DNA of 64,000 nt from Bacteroides sp. UBA7333 (GCA_002471195.1 DKPN01000067.1:46126-110125); one strand, 5' to 3'; shown: positions 50,821-61,437, counted from the first letter of the stretch. Notes: generated by a model not told the origin, from the letters alone. A program made the numbers and translations.

Positions 50821-51078
50821 CTATTGGTTGGCCCATTGATGTATTACTTCACTTTTCACATTCACACCATACTCTTCGGCTTTGCGAAGAATGTTGCGAG
50901 CCAATTCAGCTTTTCTATCTTCGGGTGCATATCTAAAATAGGCCTCTGCCGCACGCACATGTGTTGCGTCGGGCATAGGAAACTCTCTCAAATCGGGCAA
51001 TCCATATTCCGAATCGGGCAATTCTCTTTTTTCTTCTGCGTTGAGGCGATCGGCTCCCGGGTGACTCATTCTTTTCAT
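50821..51078 (-). CDS. Small hypothetical protein (85 aa; resembles the DUF6582-type motif)
   Basis: LNAEEKRELPDSEYGLP..REFPMPDATHVRAAEAYF; ends next to a shared terminator; protein-like composition. Confidence 0.75.
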   Translation of the reverse strand: MKRMSHPGADRLNAEEKRELPDSEYGLPDLREFPMPDATHVRAAEAYFRYAPEDRKAELARNILRKAEEYGVNVKSEVIHQWANQ

Positions 51079-51170
51079 CTTTATATAGTTTTTTGTTTTT
51101 TATATAACAAACTAAGTGGTAAAAATGATTGTTTTATATCGTAATATATTGTGTTGAAAATGAGTTGTTT

Positions 51171-51240
51171 GGTAAGTCCGCTGATTTATCACGCTATTTC
51201 CGCCCATTTAGCATGGTAAAACCACTGATCTACCATGCTG
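51171..51240. repeat. Degenerate 22-bp tandem repeat (3 copies plus a fragment)
   Basis: GGTAAGTCCGCTGATTTATCAC / GCTATTTCCGCCCATTTAGCAT / GGTAAAACCACTGATCTACCAT. Confidence 0.7.
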
Positions 51241-51383
51241 TATATGAGTAGGCTAATGGATCATGAATTTTGCATCGTGTAATCATTTAATAAATATGTT
51301 TGTGCACTGTTTTGTAAGCAACAAATGTGTAATTAAAAACACTTTTAAACGATTATATTTCCGTGCCTTACACAATTAATTTA

Positions 51384-51391
51384 TATCTTTG
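51384..51391 (+). promoter_or_regulatory. -7 promoter element for fumarate hydratase
   Basis: TATCTTTG. Confidence 0.6.
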
Positions 51392-51436
51392 ACGAAATAA
51401 TTAATTCTTATTACGTAATAAAATAATAAATAGATT

Positions 51437-53086
51437 ATGGCATTACCTCCGTTTAAATACGAACCCATGTTTCAATTGGGAGAAGATAAAACCAAGTATT
51501 ATTTGCTATCTGATAAATATGTATCGGTAAGCGAATTTGATGGTAAACCCATTTTGAAAATTGCCAAAGGTGCATTAGAGTTGATGACTCAAACTGCATT
51601 TCGTGATGTGTCGTTTATGCTTCGTCGCGAGCACAACGAGCAAGTTGCAAAAATTCTTCGCGATCCTGAAGCGAGCGATAACGATAAATATGTAGCGCTT
51701 ACAATGCTTCGCAATGCCGAAGTAGCGGCTAAAGGTCAATTGCCTTTCTGTCAAGATACCGGAACTGCAATTATTCATGGCGAAAAAGGTCAACAAGTTT
51801 GGACCGGCTTTGACGATGAAGAAGAGATAGCACATGGTGTTTACAATACCTATACGCAAGAAAATCTTCGTTATTCGCAAAATGCCCCTTTAAATATGTA
51901 TGATGAGGTAAATACTAAATGTAACTTACCTGCTCAAATTGATATTGAAGCTACACACGGCATGGAATACAAATTTCTTTGTGTTGCCAAAGGTGGTGGC
52001 TCTGCCAACAAAACATACCTTTTTCAAGAAACCAAAGCTATTTTGAACCCGACGACATTGGTTCCTTATTTGGTTGAAAAAATGAAAACATTGGGTACAG
52101 CGGCTTGCCCTCCTTACCATGTGGCATTTGTGATTGGTGGTACTTCGGCCGAAAAAAATCTATTAACCGTTAAATTGGCTTCCACTCATTATTACGATGA
52201 ATTGCCAACTACTGGCGACGAAACGGGTCGTGCATTCCGCGATATCGAACTTGAAAAAGAGGTATTAAAAGCGGCGCAATGCATTGGCTTAGGTGCACAG
52301 TTTGGTGGTAAATATTTTGCTCACGATATCCGTATTGTTCGTTTGCCTCGTCATGGTGCGTCATGTCCGGTAGGTATGGGCGTATCTTGCTCGGCCGATC
52401 GTAATATCAAATGCAAAATCAATAAAGATGGTATTTGGATTGAACAAATGGATGCGCATCCAGCAGAATTGATTCCTGAAGAGTTGCGTACACAAGGTGA
52501 AGGCGATGTAGTAAAAGTTGACTTGAACCAACCGATGACCGAAATATTGAAAGAGTTGACGAAATATCCTGTTTCAACTCGTCTTTCATTGAATGGTACT
52601 ATTATAGTAGGTCGCGACATTGCGCATGCAAAATTGAAAGAGATTCTTGATCGTGGCGAGGAACTTCCACAATATATCAAAGATCATCCTATCTACTATG
52701 CCGGCCCTGCAAAAACTCCAGAAGGCATGCCTTGTGGATCGATGGGTCCTACAACAGCAGGACGTATGGATAGCTATGTAGATCTATTCCAAAGTCATGG
52801 CGGTAGCTTAATTATGTTGGCAAAAGGTAACCGTAGCCAACAAGTTACTGACGCTTGTCATAAACACGGTGGCTTCTACTTAGGCTCAATTGGTGGCCCA
52901 GCGGCAATTCTTGCTCAAAACAATATTAAGCACATTGAATGTGTGGCATATCCCGAACTTGGAATGGAAGCTATTTGGAAAATCGAGGTAGTTGATTTCC
53001 CTGCATTCATCTTGGTTGATGATAAAGGAAACGATTTCTTCAAACAAATCAAACCACGTTGCCCGGTTGATAGCTGCAATAAATAA
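51437..53086 (+). CDS. Class I (Fe-S) fumarate hydratase
   Basis: [39 protein letters not shown]. Confidence 0.96.
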   Translation: MALPPFKYEPMFQLGEDKTKYYLLSDKYVSVSEFDGKPILKIAKGALELMTQTAFRDVSFMLRREHNEQVAKILRDPEASDNDKYVALTMLRNAEVAAKGQLPFCQDTGTAIIHGEKGQQVWTGFDDEEEIAHGVYNTYTQENLRYSQNAPLNMYDEVNTKCNLPAQIDIEATHGMEYKFLCVAKGGGSANKTYLFQETKAILNPTTLVPYLVEKMKTLGTAACPPYHVAFVIGGTSAEKNLLTVKLASTHYYDELPTTGDETGRAFRDIELEKEVLKAAQCIGLGAQFGGKYFAHDIRIVRLPRHGASCPVGMGVSCSADRNIKCKINKDGIWIEQMDAHPAELIPEELRTQGEGDVVKVDLNQPMTEILKELTKYPVSTRLSLNGTIIVGRDIAHAKLKEILDRGEELPQYIKDHPIYYAGPAKTPEGMPCGSMGPTTAGRMDSYVDLFQSHGGSLIMLAKGNRSQQVTDACHKHGGFYLGSIGGPAAILAQNNIKHIECVAYPELGMEAIWKIEVVDFPAFILVDDKGNDFFKQIKPRCPVDSCNK

Positions 53087-53120
53087 TCGAAATATCGCAT
53101 AGCCGTATTCAAATAAATTT

Positions 53121-53175
53121 CACGGATTCCAATATAGTATAATACTTACAAAATGATTGGAATCCGTGTTTTTTT
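53121..53175 (+). terminator. Intrinsic terminator after fumarate hydratase
   Basis: CACGGATTCCAAT...ATTGGAATCCGTG followed by a T-run. Confidence 0.8.
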
Positions 53176-53356
53176 ATATTTTATACTATCACATGCAATG
53201 ACTTATATTATGATTCGTCGCTTATTGAATATTTTTTTGAATATTCGATATAAGTTTTAATGTGAAAATGTAAAATAAGCTTTCATTCTGTTTTTTGATT
53301 AGATGCATAGTTTTTGTATCTTCGCACTTTCTCAAATTAATCAACTTATTTATACC

Positions 53357-55429
53357 ATGAAAAGAAGAACACTTTTATTGGGAACCATTGGAGCAATGAC
53401 ATTGTTATCCGTTGGCTGTCAAAATGTTCCGGCACCTGAACCGGTTTATCCTCTTCCTACACAAGCCCAAGTAAATTGGCAAAAGATGGAGACATATGCA
53501 TTTGTGCATTTTGGTCTCAACACATTCAATAATATGGAGTGGGGCTTTGGCGATACTCCCGAATCAACATTCGATCCAACCGATTTGAATGTTGGACAAT
53601 GGGTAGAAACGCTTAAAAATGCAGGCATGAAAGGAATCATAATCACAGTGAAACATCATGATGGATTCTGTTTATGGCCGACTAAAAATGGCGATTATAG
53701 TGTTAAAAACTCTCCTGTGCAAAATGGACAATCAGATCTAGTTAGAGATCTTGTTGAAGCTTGCAAAAAAGAAGATTTGAAAATCGGTATTTATATCTCG
53801 CCATGGGATCGTAATCATGCTAAATATGGCGAAAAAGAATATGTCGATTATTTTCAGTCAACTATCAAAGAAATGGTAGAAGATTATTGTGCAGCCAATG
53901 GTGTTGAACTATTCGAATTCTGGTTCGATGGCGCTAATGGTGGCGATGGATATTATGGCGGTGAACGTGGTGTACGCAACATTAATCCTACCGAATATTA
54001 TCGTTATGAAGAGGCTGCCAATACGATTCATTCAAAATTTCCTGATGCAATGATTTTCGGTGGTACTGTTCCTACTATTCGTTGGATAGGAAACGAACAT
54101 GGCTATGCCGGACAAACCAATTGGGCGATGTGGGGAAAAGGCTTACCTGAATCACGCAAACTTGAAAATGGAGATATCAACGGCCCCGACTGGTTGCCCG
54201 GAGAAGTCGATGTATCAGTACGCCCGGGATGGTTCTATCATACACGCGAAGATCACCAACTTCGCTCATTATCTACCCTTGTCGATTATTACTATCAAAG
54301 TGTAGGACGTAATGCTAACCTATTATTAAATTTCCCTATTAATCATGCGGGAAGAATTCCAACTTCCGATTCGATCAGAATTATGGAATGGAAAAAAACG
54401 CTTGATCGTCAATTTGCCAACGATTTGGCTGCAAAAGCAAAATTCTCGGCAACAAATGAACGAGGTAGAGGATACCAAGCAGCTAAGGTGAATGATGGTA
54501 ATTGGGATACTTATTGGGCTACTCAAGATGGAGTTACTACAGGTGATATTATTGCATCGTTTGATGCTCCAACAGAATTTAATACAGTACTTCTTCAAGA
54601 ATATATCCCTCTAGGACAACGTATCAAATCATTTACGATAGAATATAAGAATGATAAAAACGAGTTTGTTCCGGTCGCTTCGAAAGATACAATGTCGACT
54701 GTAGGATACAAACGATTGATTCGTTTTGATAATGTAACAACTAAAGAACTTAAAATTTCATTTACGGATAGTCGTGGTGTTCCTTGTATTAATAATATTA
54801 GTATATATTCTGCACCGGCAGTATTGGATGTACCCAAAATTGTTCGCAGTGCCGATGGTAAAGTAAATATTAATAGTGCTAAAGGTACGGTAGTATATTA
54901 TACGATCGATGGTACTGAACCTACAACCGCTTCATTGCCATTTTCAGCTCCATTTGAGTTTGCCCAAAAGGGTATCATCAAAGCGGTTGCTTATGATCCT
55001 ACCACAAATGAACCATCTCCCGTGGGTACTCAATTATTCGATATTGTTCAAGCTCCTTTTGAGATAATGAAACCTATTGCCGACAAGGGCAATAAGCATG
55101 CTTTCGATGGAAATCCTTCTACAAGTTATTATTTGCCTAAAGGCACTAACTCGTTGACTTTCTCTCTTGGAGGTAAATATAATATTTGTGGACTAGAGTA
55201 TACTCCTGACCAAAACCGATGGGGTGCCGGCCCTATTCATCGTTATAAAATATATATCGACAATAAGTTTATAAAAGAGGGTGAGTTTTCTAATATTAAG
55301 CAAAATCCGATTAAACAATATATTGAGTTTCCTCAAACTGAAGGTTCAAATATAACTGTAGAGGTGCTTCGAATAGCCGATGATACAAATCGTGCATCCT
55401 TTGCCGAACTATCTGTGATTACGGAATAA
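53357..55429 (+). CDS. Alpha-L-fucosidase GH29 lipoprotein with F5/8-type C and FN3-associated domains
   Basis: Lipobox LSVGC, FVHFGLNTF, KHHDGFCLWP, SPWDRN, WFDGA, DVSVRPGWFYH, SVGRNANLLLN, YYTIDGTEP. Confidence 0.93.
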   Translation: MKRRTLLLGTIGAMTLLSVGCQNVPAPEPVYPLPTQAQVNWQKMETYAFVHFGLNTFNNMEWGFGDTPESTFDPTDLNVGQWVETLKNAGMKGIIITVKHHDGFCLWPTKNGDYSVKNSPVQNGQSDLVRDLVEACKKEDLKIGIYISPWDRNHAKYGEKEYVDYFQSTIKEMVEDYCAANGVELFEFWFDGANGGDGYYGGERGVRNINPTEYYRYEEAANTIHSKFPDAMIFGGTVPTIRWIGNEHGYAGQTNWAMWGKGLPESRKLENGDINGPDWLPGEVDVSVRPGWFYHTREDHQLRSLSTLVDYYYQSVGRNANLLLNFPINHAGRIPTSDSIRIMEWKKTLDRQFANDLAAKAKFSATNERGRGYQAAKVNDGNWDTYWATQDGVTTGDIIASFDAPTEFNTVLLQEYIPLGQRIKSFTIEYKNDKNEFVPVASKDTMSTVGYKRLIRFDNVTTKELKISFTDSRGVPCINNISIYSAPAVLDVPKIVRSADGKVNINSAKGTVVYYTIDGTEPTTASLPFSAPFEFAQKGIIKAVAYDPTTNEPSPVGTQLFDIVQAPFEIMKPIADKGNKHAFDGNPSTSYYLPKGTNSLTFSLGGKYNICGLEYTPDQNRWGAGPIHRYKIYIDNKFIKEGEFSNIKQNPIKQYIEFPQTEGSNITVEVLRIADDTNRASFAELSVITE

Positions 55430-55455
55430 ACTTACTGCAATTAATATCGGTTCTT

Positions 55456-55497
55456 ATAAAAAAAGTCTGTCTAAAAACTTAGACAGACTTTTTTTAT
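55456..55497. terminator. Bidirectional terminator
   Basis: ATAAAAAAAGTCTGTCTAA-aaac-TTAGACAGACTTTTTTTAT. Confidence 0.92.
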
Positions 55498-55510
55498 GAA
55501 ATATGTTTGA

Positions 55511-56443
55511 TTAATGAGCAGCACGATATTTTCCTTCCTCTTTATCATCGAGCATACTTAAATATGAGTTGTATCTAGATTCACTGATATGATGTTCTTT
55601 TACCGCTTCGAGAACAGCACACCCCGGCTCTTTACGGTGGGTGCAATTATTATATTTGCAACTGTGTGATACCTTGAAAATATCAGGGAAGTAGTGACCG
55701 ATTTCCTCAATTTCCATATCGAAAGTACCAAATCCTTTAATGCCCGGTGTGTCAATAATATACCCATTTCCTTCGATAGCAAACATTTCAGAATAAGTAG
55801 TCGTATGCATTCCTTTTTTATGATAGGTAGATATTTCGGCTGTTTTTACATTTAATCCCGGAAGTAAGGCATTGATCAATGTTGATTTCCCTACGCCCGA
55901 ATGGCCCGAAAAAAGTGTAACACGTCCGTTCAATTCATTTCTTACTTCTTCGATCCCGGTACCCTCTTTTGCCGATACTTTAAAGCATGGGTAGCCAATA
56001 TAGGTATAAAGACTAATTAAGCAGTCGAGATAACTTAAATCATCTTCATTATAGGCATCTATTTTATTGAAAATGATTTTTACAGGTACACGGTATGCTT
56101 CGGCCGAAGCTAAAAATCTATCGATAAATGTTGTAGAGGTTTCAGGATAGTTTACAGTGACTACTAGGAGGCACTGATCAAGATTCGATCCTAATATATG
56201 TGATTGTTTTGAGAGATTAGAAGAGCGTCGCACAATATAATTTTTGCGATCTTCAATATTAGTAATCAGTGCAGTACCTTCGGCATTGATAGTGATGTCC
56301 ACATAATCGCCCACCGTTATCGGGTTGGTGCTTTTAATACCTTTCAGTCTGAAATTACCTTTGATTTTCGAATCAATTAATCGGCCATCTTCGGTTTTTA
56401 CTTGATACCAACTGCCTGTGTTTTTTATTACTAATCCTCTCAT
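55511..56443 (-). CDS. rsgA: Ribosome small subunit-dependent GTPase A
   Basis: Circularly permuted GTPase: [23 protein letters not shown]; Zn finger [14 protein letters not shown]. Confidence 0.96.
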   Translation of the reverse strand: MRGLVIKNTGSWYQVKTEDGRLIDSKIKGNFRLKGIKSTNPITVGDYVDITINAEGTALITNIEDRKNYIVRRSSNLSKQSHILGSNLDQCLLVVTVNYPETSTTFIDRFLASAEAYRVPVKIIFNKIDAYNEDDLSYLDCLISLYTYIGYPCFKVSAKEGTGIEEVRNELNGRVTLFSGHSGVGKSTLINALLPGLNVKTAEISTYHKKGMHTTTYSEMFAIEGNGYIIDTPGIKGFGTFDMEIEEIGHYFPDIFKVSHSCKYNNCTHRKEPGCAVLEAVKEHHISESRYNSYLSMLDDKEEGKYRAAH

Positions 56444-56476
56444 TGAATTCTTGTTTTCTTTTTTTAGTCAATAAAC

Positions 56477-56542
56477 AAACACGAACTATACGGATACTAA
56501 TGCTTAGTAAAGCAATAAACAATATCCGTGTAATTCGTGTTT
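56477..56542. repeat. Long imperfect palindrome (REP-like element) between frr and rsgA
   Basis: AAACACGAACTATACGGATA ... TATCCGTGTAATTCGTGTTT, 20-nt arms. Confidence 0.65.
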
Positions 56543-56574
56543 ATCAATAAAAAACTATGTTTGTTAAGCAATGC

Positions 56575-57135
56575 TTATACAGTCATAATTTCTTTATCTT
56601 TTTCAACAAGCATATCATCGATTTGTTTGATATACTTATCATGAATTTTTTGAAGTTTGGCTTCAGCATTTTTTTGTTCATCTTCAGCTAAACCATCTTT
56701 AACAGCTTTTTTAAGTGCATCGATAGCTTCGCGACGTGCATTGCGAACACTTACTTTTGCAGTTTCACACTCAGCTTTACATTGTTTGGTTAATGCTTTA
56801 CGGCGTTCCTCTGTTAAAGGAGGTATACCAAGACGAATAATCTCGCCATTATTCTCGGGCATGATGCCAAGATCTGAATCAATGATTGCTTTTTCGATGA
56901 TGCGGAACATTCCTTTATCCCAAGGTTTAATTGTAATACTTCGTGCATCAGGAGTTGAAAGTGCAGCTACATTATCCAATGGAACCATACTACCATAAGA
57001 ATCAACACGGATCCCATCTAGCAAGCGAGTTGTTGCTTTTCCGGCACGGATGTGAGCAAAAGCTTCTTCAAGATAGATTACTGCCATATCCATTTTTTCC
57101 TGTGCATCGTTGATACAAGTCTTTACGTCAACCAT
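56575..57135 (-). CDS. frr: Ribosome recycling factor
   Basis: IRAGKA, VDSYG, PPLTEERR, KVSVRNARR, KDKEIMTV; promoter TATTTTTG at 57182-57189 (-). Confidence 0.98.
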   Translation of the reverse strand: MVDVKTCINDAQEKMDMAVIYLEEAFAHIRAGKATTRLLDGIRVDSYGSMVPLDNVAALSTPDARSITIKPWDKGMFRIIEKAIIDSDLGIMPENNGEIIRLGIPPLTEERRKALTKQCKAECETAKVSVRNARREAIDALKKAVKDGLAEDEQKNAEAKLQKIHDKYIKQIDDMLVEKDKEIMTV

Positions 57136-57355
57136 ATTCTTTATTCTTTTATAGATTGCTAATTATTCTTTGATTTTAAAACAAAAATAGCTGATTTGTT
57201 TCAAATGGCAAAATAGACTATTATCTTTTATCGGTACGATTAAAAAATGCAAGTCTCATTTATACCTAATCTATTTAATAAACAAATTATTAAGCCATTA
57301 TGTTGACGCGATTAAAATTTTGTTCAATGCTGCGCCTGCTTGAATCAAATTGTAT

Positions 57356-58129
57356 TTATTTGATATTTTCGCGTATCTTCTTCAAATATTTTTTCATACT
57401 CTCCGCATCTTTTTTGTCAATAATTTCTAGCAAATTTTTTAATTCACGACGTATATTGTCAACTTGCGAAGGTGTATTAGGGTTGAATAAAATTTCTTGT
57501 AGCAGATAATCATCTTCACTCAATAATCCTTTGGCAATGGCCATATGTTTTTTGAATGTTGTACCCGGCGCCTCTTGATGTTTCATGACAGCCGAAAACA
57601 CCAATGTCGAAACAAAAGGAATTGATAGTGAATAGGCCACTGTTTCATCGTGCTCATCGAAAGTATAATCGAAGATATTCAGATGTAGACTCTGATATAG
57701 ATCTTTGAAGAACACTTTTCCAAGATGGTCGCTCTCGCTGATAATAATAGCATTTTCGCTGCTTAAATTGTTGAGGCTGGCAAATGTAGGTCCAAACATG
57801 GGGTGGGTCGATACAAACCGAAACCCACTTTCTTGATAGAATTTCTTAATACCGGTCTTTACCGAAGCTATATCACTTAAAATGCAATCTTTCGATAGTG
57901 CAGGGATAATGGTGCGAAATGCATCTATTGTATATTTTAATGTGACAGCATTGATCACCAATTCCGGATCGAAATCTTTAATTTCATCGAGTGTGGTGAA
58001 GCGATACGTGTTATATACGAAGCGTAGTTGATGTGGGTTCGTGTCGAAAACTGCAGTTTCGTGTTGAAAGCTTAATATATCGGTAAAGAAGGAGCCCATT
58101 TTTCCGGCTCCTAATATTAATATTCGCAT
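57356..58129 (-). CDS. tyrA: Prephenate dehydrogenase
   Basis: GAGKMG, DIASVK, HPMFGP, EHDET. Confidence 0.92.
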   Translation of the reverse strand: MRILILGAGKMGSFFTDILSFQHETAVFDTNPHQLRFVYNTYRFTTLDEIKDFDPELVINAVTLKYTIDAFRTIIPALSKDCILSDIASVKTGIKKFYQESGFRFVSTHPMFGPTFASLNNLSSENAIIISESDHLGKVFFKDLYQSLHLNIFDYTFDEHDETVAYSLSIPFVSTLVFSAVMKHQEAPGTTFKKHMAIAKGLLSEDDYLLQEILFNPNTPSQVDNIRRELKNLLEIIDKKDAESMKKYLKKIRENIK

Positions 58130-58141
58130 GATAATGTTCTT

Positions 58142-59203
58142 TTATTTATTGATGATCTCCATTTGTTGGCGAATCGATTCTTCGTGAATAGCTTCGAATA
58201 TTTTTATCATAAATTCGGGATCCATACCACATTGTTTAGCTTGATCACCACGTTTATCAAGGATTTCGCTGTAACGTCCCGACTGTAATACAGTGAGGTT
58301 GTGCTCTTTTTTGTACATCCCAATTTCGCGTGCAATACGCATGCGTTTGGTTAATTCCTGTATAATGTTATCATCGCATTCATCAATTTGTTTGCGCAAT
58401 TGGCTTAAACTTTCGGTAGATTGTGTGCCTTTACGAATCACAAGAAGATTGATAATATAATCGAGTACTTCGGGAGTGACTTGTTGTGCTGCATCACTCA
58501 AAGCACAATCGGGGTTGCAATGACTTTCTATTATTAATCCATCGAAATTCAAGTCCATGGCTTGTTGCGATAGAGGAGCAATCAGCTCACGTTTGCCGCC
58601 AATATGACTTGGATCGCAGAATATTGGAATTTCGGGTAAACGACGACGCAATTCAATTGGAATGTGCCATTGTGGAAGATTGCGATATAATTTATTGTCG
58701 TAGCTGCTGAATCCACGATGTATAACACCTAAACGCTTGATACCCGCATTATTGAGACGCTCTAATGCTCCTATCCATAATTCAAGATCGGGGTTCACTG
58801 GATTTTTTACCAATACAGGTATATCGACACCTTTTAACGCATCGGCTATTTCTTGAACCGCAAATGGATTGGCAGTGGTGCGTGCACCTACCCAAAGCAA
58901 ATCGATGCCCGCTTTTAAACATTCGTATACATGTTTTGCTGTCGCTACTTCGGTGGCAACGTACATTCCTGTCTCTTTTTTTACCTCTTTCAACCAGCTC
59001 AAACCTTCAACGCCTACTCCTTCGAATCCTCCGGGTTTGGTACGTGGTTTCCAAATACCTGCGCGAAATATTTTAACTCCTTTGCCAGCTAAATCTTTAG
59101 CTGTTGCCATGATTTGCTCTTTACTTTCGGCACTACAAGGGCCGGCAATCACAATCGGACGTTTTTCTTCAACTCCCGGTAGTAAAATTGATTCCAATTC
59201 CAT
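58142..59203 (-). CDS. Bifunctional DAHP synthase (class I) / chorismate mutase
   Basis: IAGPCSAES, KPRT, GART, DPSH; C-terminal AroQ domain LRKQIDECD..R..IAREIG..K. Confidence 0.93.
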   Translation of the reverse strand: MELESILLPGVEEKRPIVIAGPCSAESKEQIMATAKDLAGKGVKIFRAGIWKPRTKPGGFEGVGVEGLSWLKEVKKETGMYVATEVATAKHVYECLKAGIDLLWVGARTTANPFAVQEIADALKGVDIPVLVKNPVNPDLELWIGALERLNNAGIKRLGVIHRGFSSYDNKLYRNLPQWHIPIELRRRLPEIPIFCDPSHIGGKRELIAPLSQQAMDLNFDGLIIESHCNPDCALSDAAQQVTPEVLDYIINLLVIRKGTQSTESLSQLRKQIDECDDNIIQELTKRMRIAREIGMYKKEHNLTVLQSGRYSEILDKRGDQAKQCGMDPEFMIKIFEAIHEESIRQQMEIINK

Positions 59204-59221
59204 TTTTATATCTTTATTATA

Positions 59222-60406
59222 TTATTTCTTTAATAGTTTGATTCTCTCTAACGCTTCAGCAAGTTTATGGTCCTTGCAACATAATGAAATTCTGATGTAG
59301 CGTGCGCCATTGGTGCCAAATATAAAACCGGGTGTAATGAACACGCGTGCTTCGTGTAATATTTTTTCGGTCAACACTTCAACGTCGTTATAGCTTGAAG
59401 GTATTTTGCCCCATACAAACATCCCTACTTGTTTTTCATCGTAAGTACATCCTAGCTCATCCATAATTTGTTCAGCCAATTGTCTGCGTTTACGATAATT
59501 ATTGTTGTTTCCTTCGTACCAACATGCCTCGGCTTCGAGTGCTGTTGCAGCTGCCAATTGCATGGCTCTATACATGCCACTGTCAATATTACTCTTTACC
59601 TTTAGTATCCATTCCACAAATTGTGCATTCGAAGCCAACATGCCAATACGCCATCCCGGCATGTTATGACTTTTGCTCATTGAATTAAATTCGATACAAC
59701 AATCTTTGGCACCTTCGATACTTAATATGCTGATAGGATTGTCATTAAGAATAAAACTATATGGATTGTCGTTAACAATTACGATATGATGTTTTCTGGC
59801 AAAATCAATTAGCTTTTGATACAACTCTATAGATGCATTGGCGCCTGTTGGCATATTAGGATAGTTAACCCACATTAATTTAACACGACTTAAATCCATT
59901 TGTTCTAACTGATTAAAGTCCGGCTCCCAGTTGTTGTCTTCTTTTAAATCATAGTTTACCACCTCAGCTCCCAACAATTTACTTAACGATGTATAGGTGG
60001 GGTATCCGGGATTGGGTACTAAAACTTGTTCGCCTGGATTTACAAATGCCAATGTAACATGCAATATACCCTCTTTCGAACCAATTAAAGGTTGAATTTC
60101 TGTTTGGAAATTTAAATCTACATGATACCACTTTTTATACCAATTGGCAAACGATTTTCTTAATTCGGGTATTCCGATATAAGGTTGATATCCGTGACCA
60201 TTGGGATTTTGTGCCTCTTTGCAAAGTATATCGATGGTTTGTTCGGATGGAGGTAAATCGGGACTACCGATACCTAGGCTTATTACATCTAAACCTTGAG
60301 CATTCATTTCTGCTACCTCTTTCAACTTTTTCGAGAAGTAATACTCGTTTACACCTTCCAAACGATTGGCAGGACTTATCTTATATGTTTGATTTTCCTT
60401 TTGCAT
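59222..60406 (-). CDS. PLP-dependent class I/II aminotransferase (probable aromatic/prephenate aminotransferase)
   Basis: LGIGSPD, NYPNMPTG, DNPY, SMSKSHNMPGWRIG; operon context. Confidence 0.88.
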   Translation of the reverse strand: MQKENQTYKISPANRLEGVNEYYFSKKLKEVAEMNAQGLDVISLGIGSPDLPPSEQTIDILCKEAQNPNGHGYQPYIGIPELRKSFANWYKKWYHVDLNFQTEIQPLIGSKEGILHVTLAFVNPGEQVLVPNPGYPTYTSLSKLLGAEVVNYDLKEDNNWEPDFNQLEQMDLSRVKLMWVNYPNMPTGANASIELYQKLIDFARKHHIVIVNDNPYSFILNDNPISILSIEGAKDCCIEFNSMSKSHNMPGWRIGMLASNAQFVEWILKVKSNIDSGMYRAMQLAAATALEAEACWYEGNNNNYRKRRQLAEQIMDELGCTYDEKQVGMFVWGKIPSSYNDVEVLTEKILHEARVFITPGFIFGTNGARYIRISLCCKDHKLAEALERIKLLKK

Positions 60407-61232
60407 ATTCTCCTAATAATTTTAATTCTTTGGTTAGTGGTGTAATGGCTGCGATGGCCTGTTTGTATCGCAAATAGTCATCGAAAGTTACATCAACATA
60501 AAACTGGTATTCCCACTCGCGACCTATAATCGGTAAAGATTGTATTTTGGTAAGATTGATTTTATAGAAAGATAAAATAGACAACACTTGCGAAAGGCTA
60601 CCTTCGGTATGAGGTAATGTAAATACTATATTGGCTTTATTGATGGTTGCTGAAACATTATTTTTCTTTAATTCATCCATTTTCCAGGGATCGGCCACTA
60701 CAAGAAATCGTGTGAAATTATGCTTGTTCGTTTCTATGCCTTCTTGCAAAATTTTCATTCCGTAATATTGGGCAGCTTTTTTAGAGCAGATAGCCGCATG
60801 GCCTTTTAAATTTTGCTTTTTAATGATCTCGGCACTTTGTGCAGTATCTTCACCTTCTACTACTTTGATGGATGGGTGATTGTGTAAAAAATCGCGGCAT
60901 TGCATCAGAGCTATAGGATGTGAGTTTACTTCGACAATATCGTCCCAATCCTCTTCGGGAAGACAAACAAAGCAGTGAGAAATACGAAGTTTGTATTCGC
61001 CTATAATCAAGACTCCACTTTCTCTAAGTAATTCATGATTTTGTAATAAGCTTCCTGCAATTGTATTTTCGATGGCCAGCATGCCAATGGTTTCACTATC
61101 GTGCTTTATAGCTTTAAATACGTCTTCGAAAGTGGCACAACAAAGCAATTCAATTTCTTCATCACCAAAGAATTGATGTGCAGCGATGTCGTGGTATGAT
61201 CCTCTTGCTCCTTGAATGGCAATCTTCTTCAT
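60381..61232 (-). CDS. pheA: Prephenate dehydratase with ACT domain
   Basis: QGARGSYH, ENTIAG, SHPIALMQC, NFTRF, INLTKIQSLP. Confidence 0.94.
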   Translation of the reverse strand: MKKIAIQGARGSYHDIAAHQFFGDEEIELLCCATFEDVFKAIKHDSETIGMLAIENTIAGSLLQNHELLRESGVLIIGEYKLRISHCFVCLPEEDWDDIVEVNSHPIALMQCRDFLHNHPSIKVVEGEDTAQSAEIIKKQNLKGHAAICSKKAAQYYGMKILQEGIETNKHNFTRFLVVADPWKMDELKKNNVSATINKANIVFTLPHTEGSLSQVLSILSFYKINLTKIQSLPIIGREWEYQFYVDVTFDDYLRYKQAIAAITPLTKELKLLGEYAKGKSNI

Positions 61233-61250
61233 ATATTTACGATTTGATAC

Positions 61251-61284
61251 AAAAAAATCCCGCTTCTATGCAGATAGCGGGATT
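61251..61284 (-). terminator. Attenuator terminator in the pheA leader
   Basis: Minus strand AATCCCGCT-atctgcataga-AGCGGGATT-TTTTT, about 20 nt before the pheA ATG. Confidence 0.88.
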
Positions 61285-61326
61285 CGTATAGTTTTACTTT
61301 ATCTTTTCAGTTCTTAAGCATCACTG

Positions 61327-61407
61327 TCACTTGACACATACAAACTCCCGCTCTACTTTGCTGCTAAAGTAAAAGAAGAAGTAATATGTATAAGTAAAAA
61401 TGTTCAT
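61327..61407 (-). CDS. Phe/Tyr-rich attenuation leader peptide MNIFTYTYYFFFYFSSKVEREFVCVK
   Basis: Hand-translated 26-aa ORF. 9 of residues 4-14 are Phe or Tyr. It lies between the promoter and the terminator of a Phe/Tyr biosynthesis operon. Confidence 0.9.
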   Translation of the reverse strand: MNIFTYTYYFFFYFSSKVEREFVCVK

Positions 61408-61437
61408 TTTTGCTTTTTTGATGCTTTAATTATGTTG

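Noticed and set aside
50749-51144. 131-aa plus-strand ORF after queC
   Set aside because: It runs through a terminator, has an implausible composition, and is antisense to the more protein-like 85-aa ORF.
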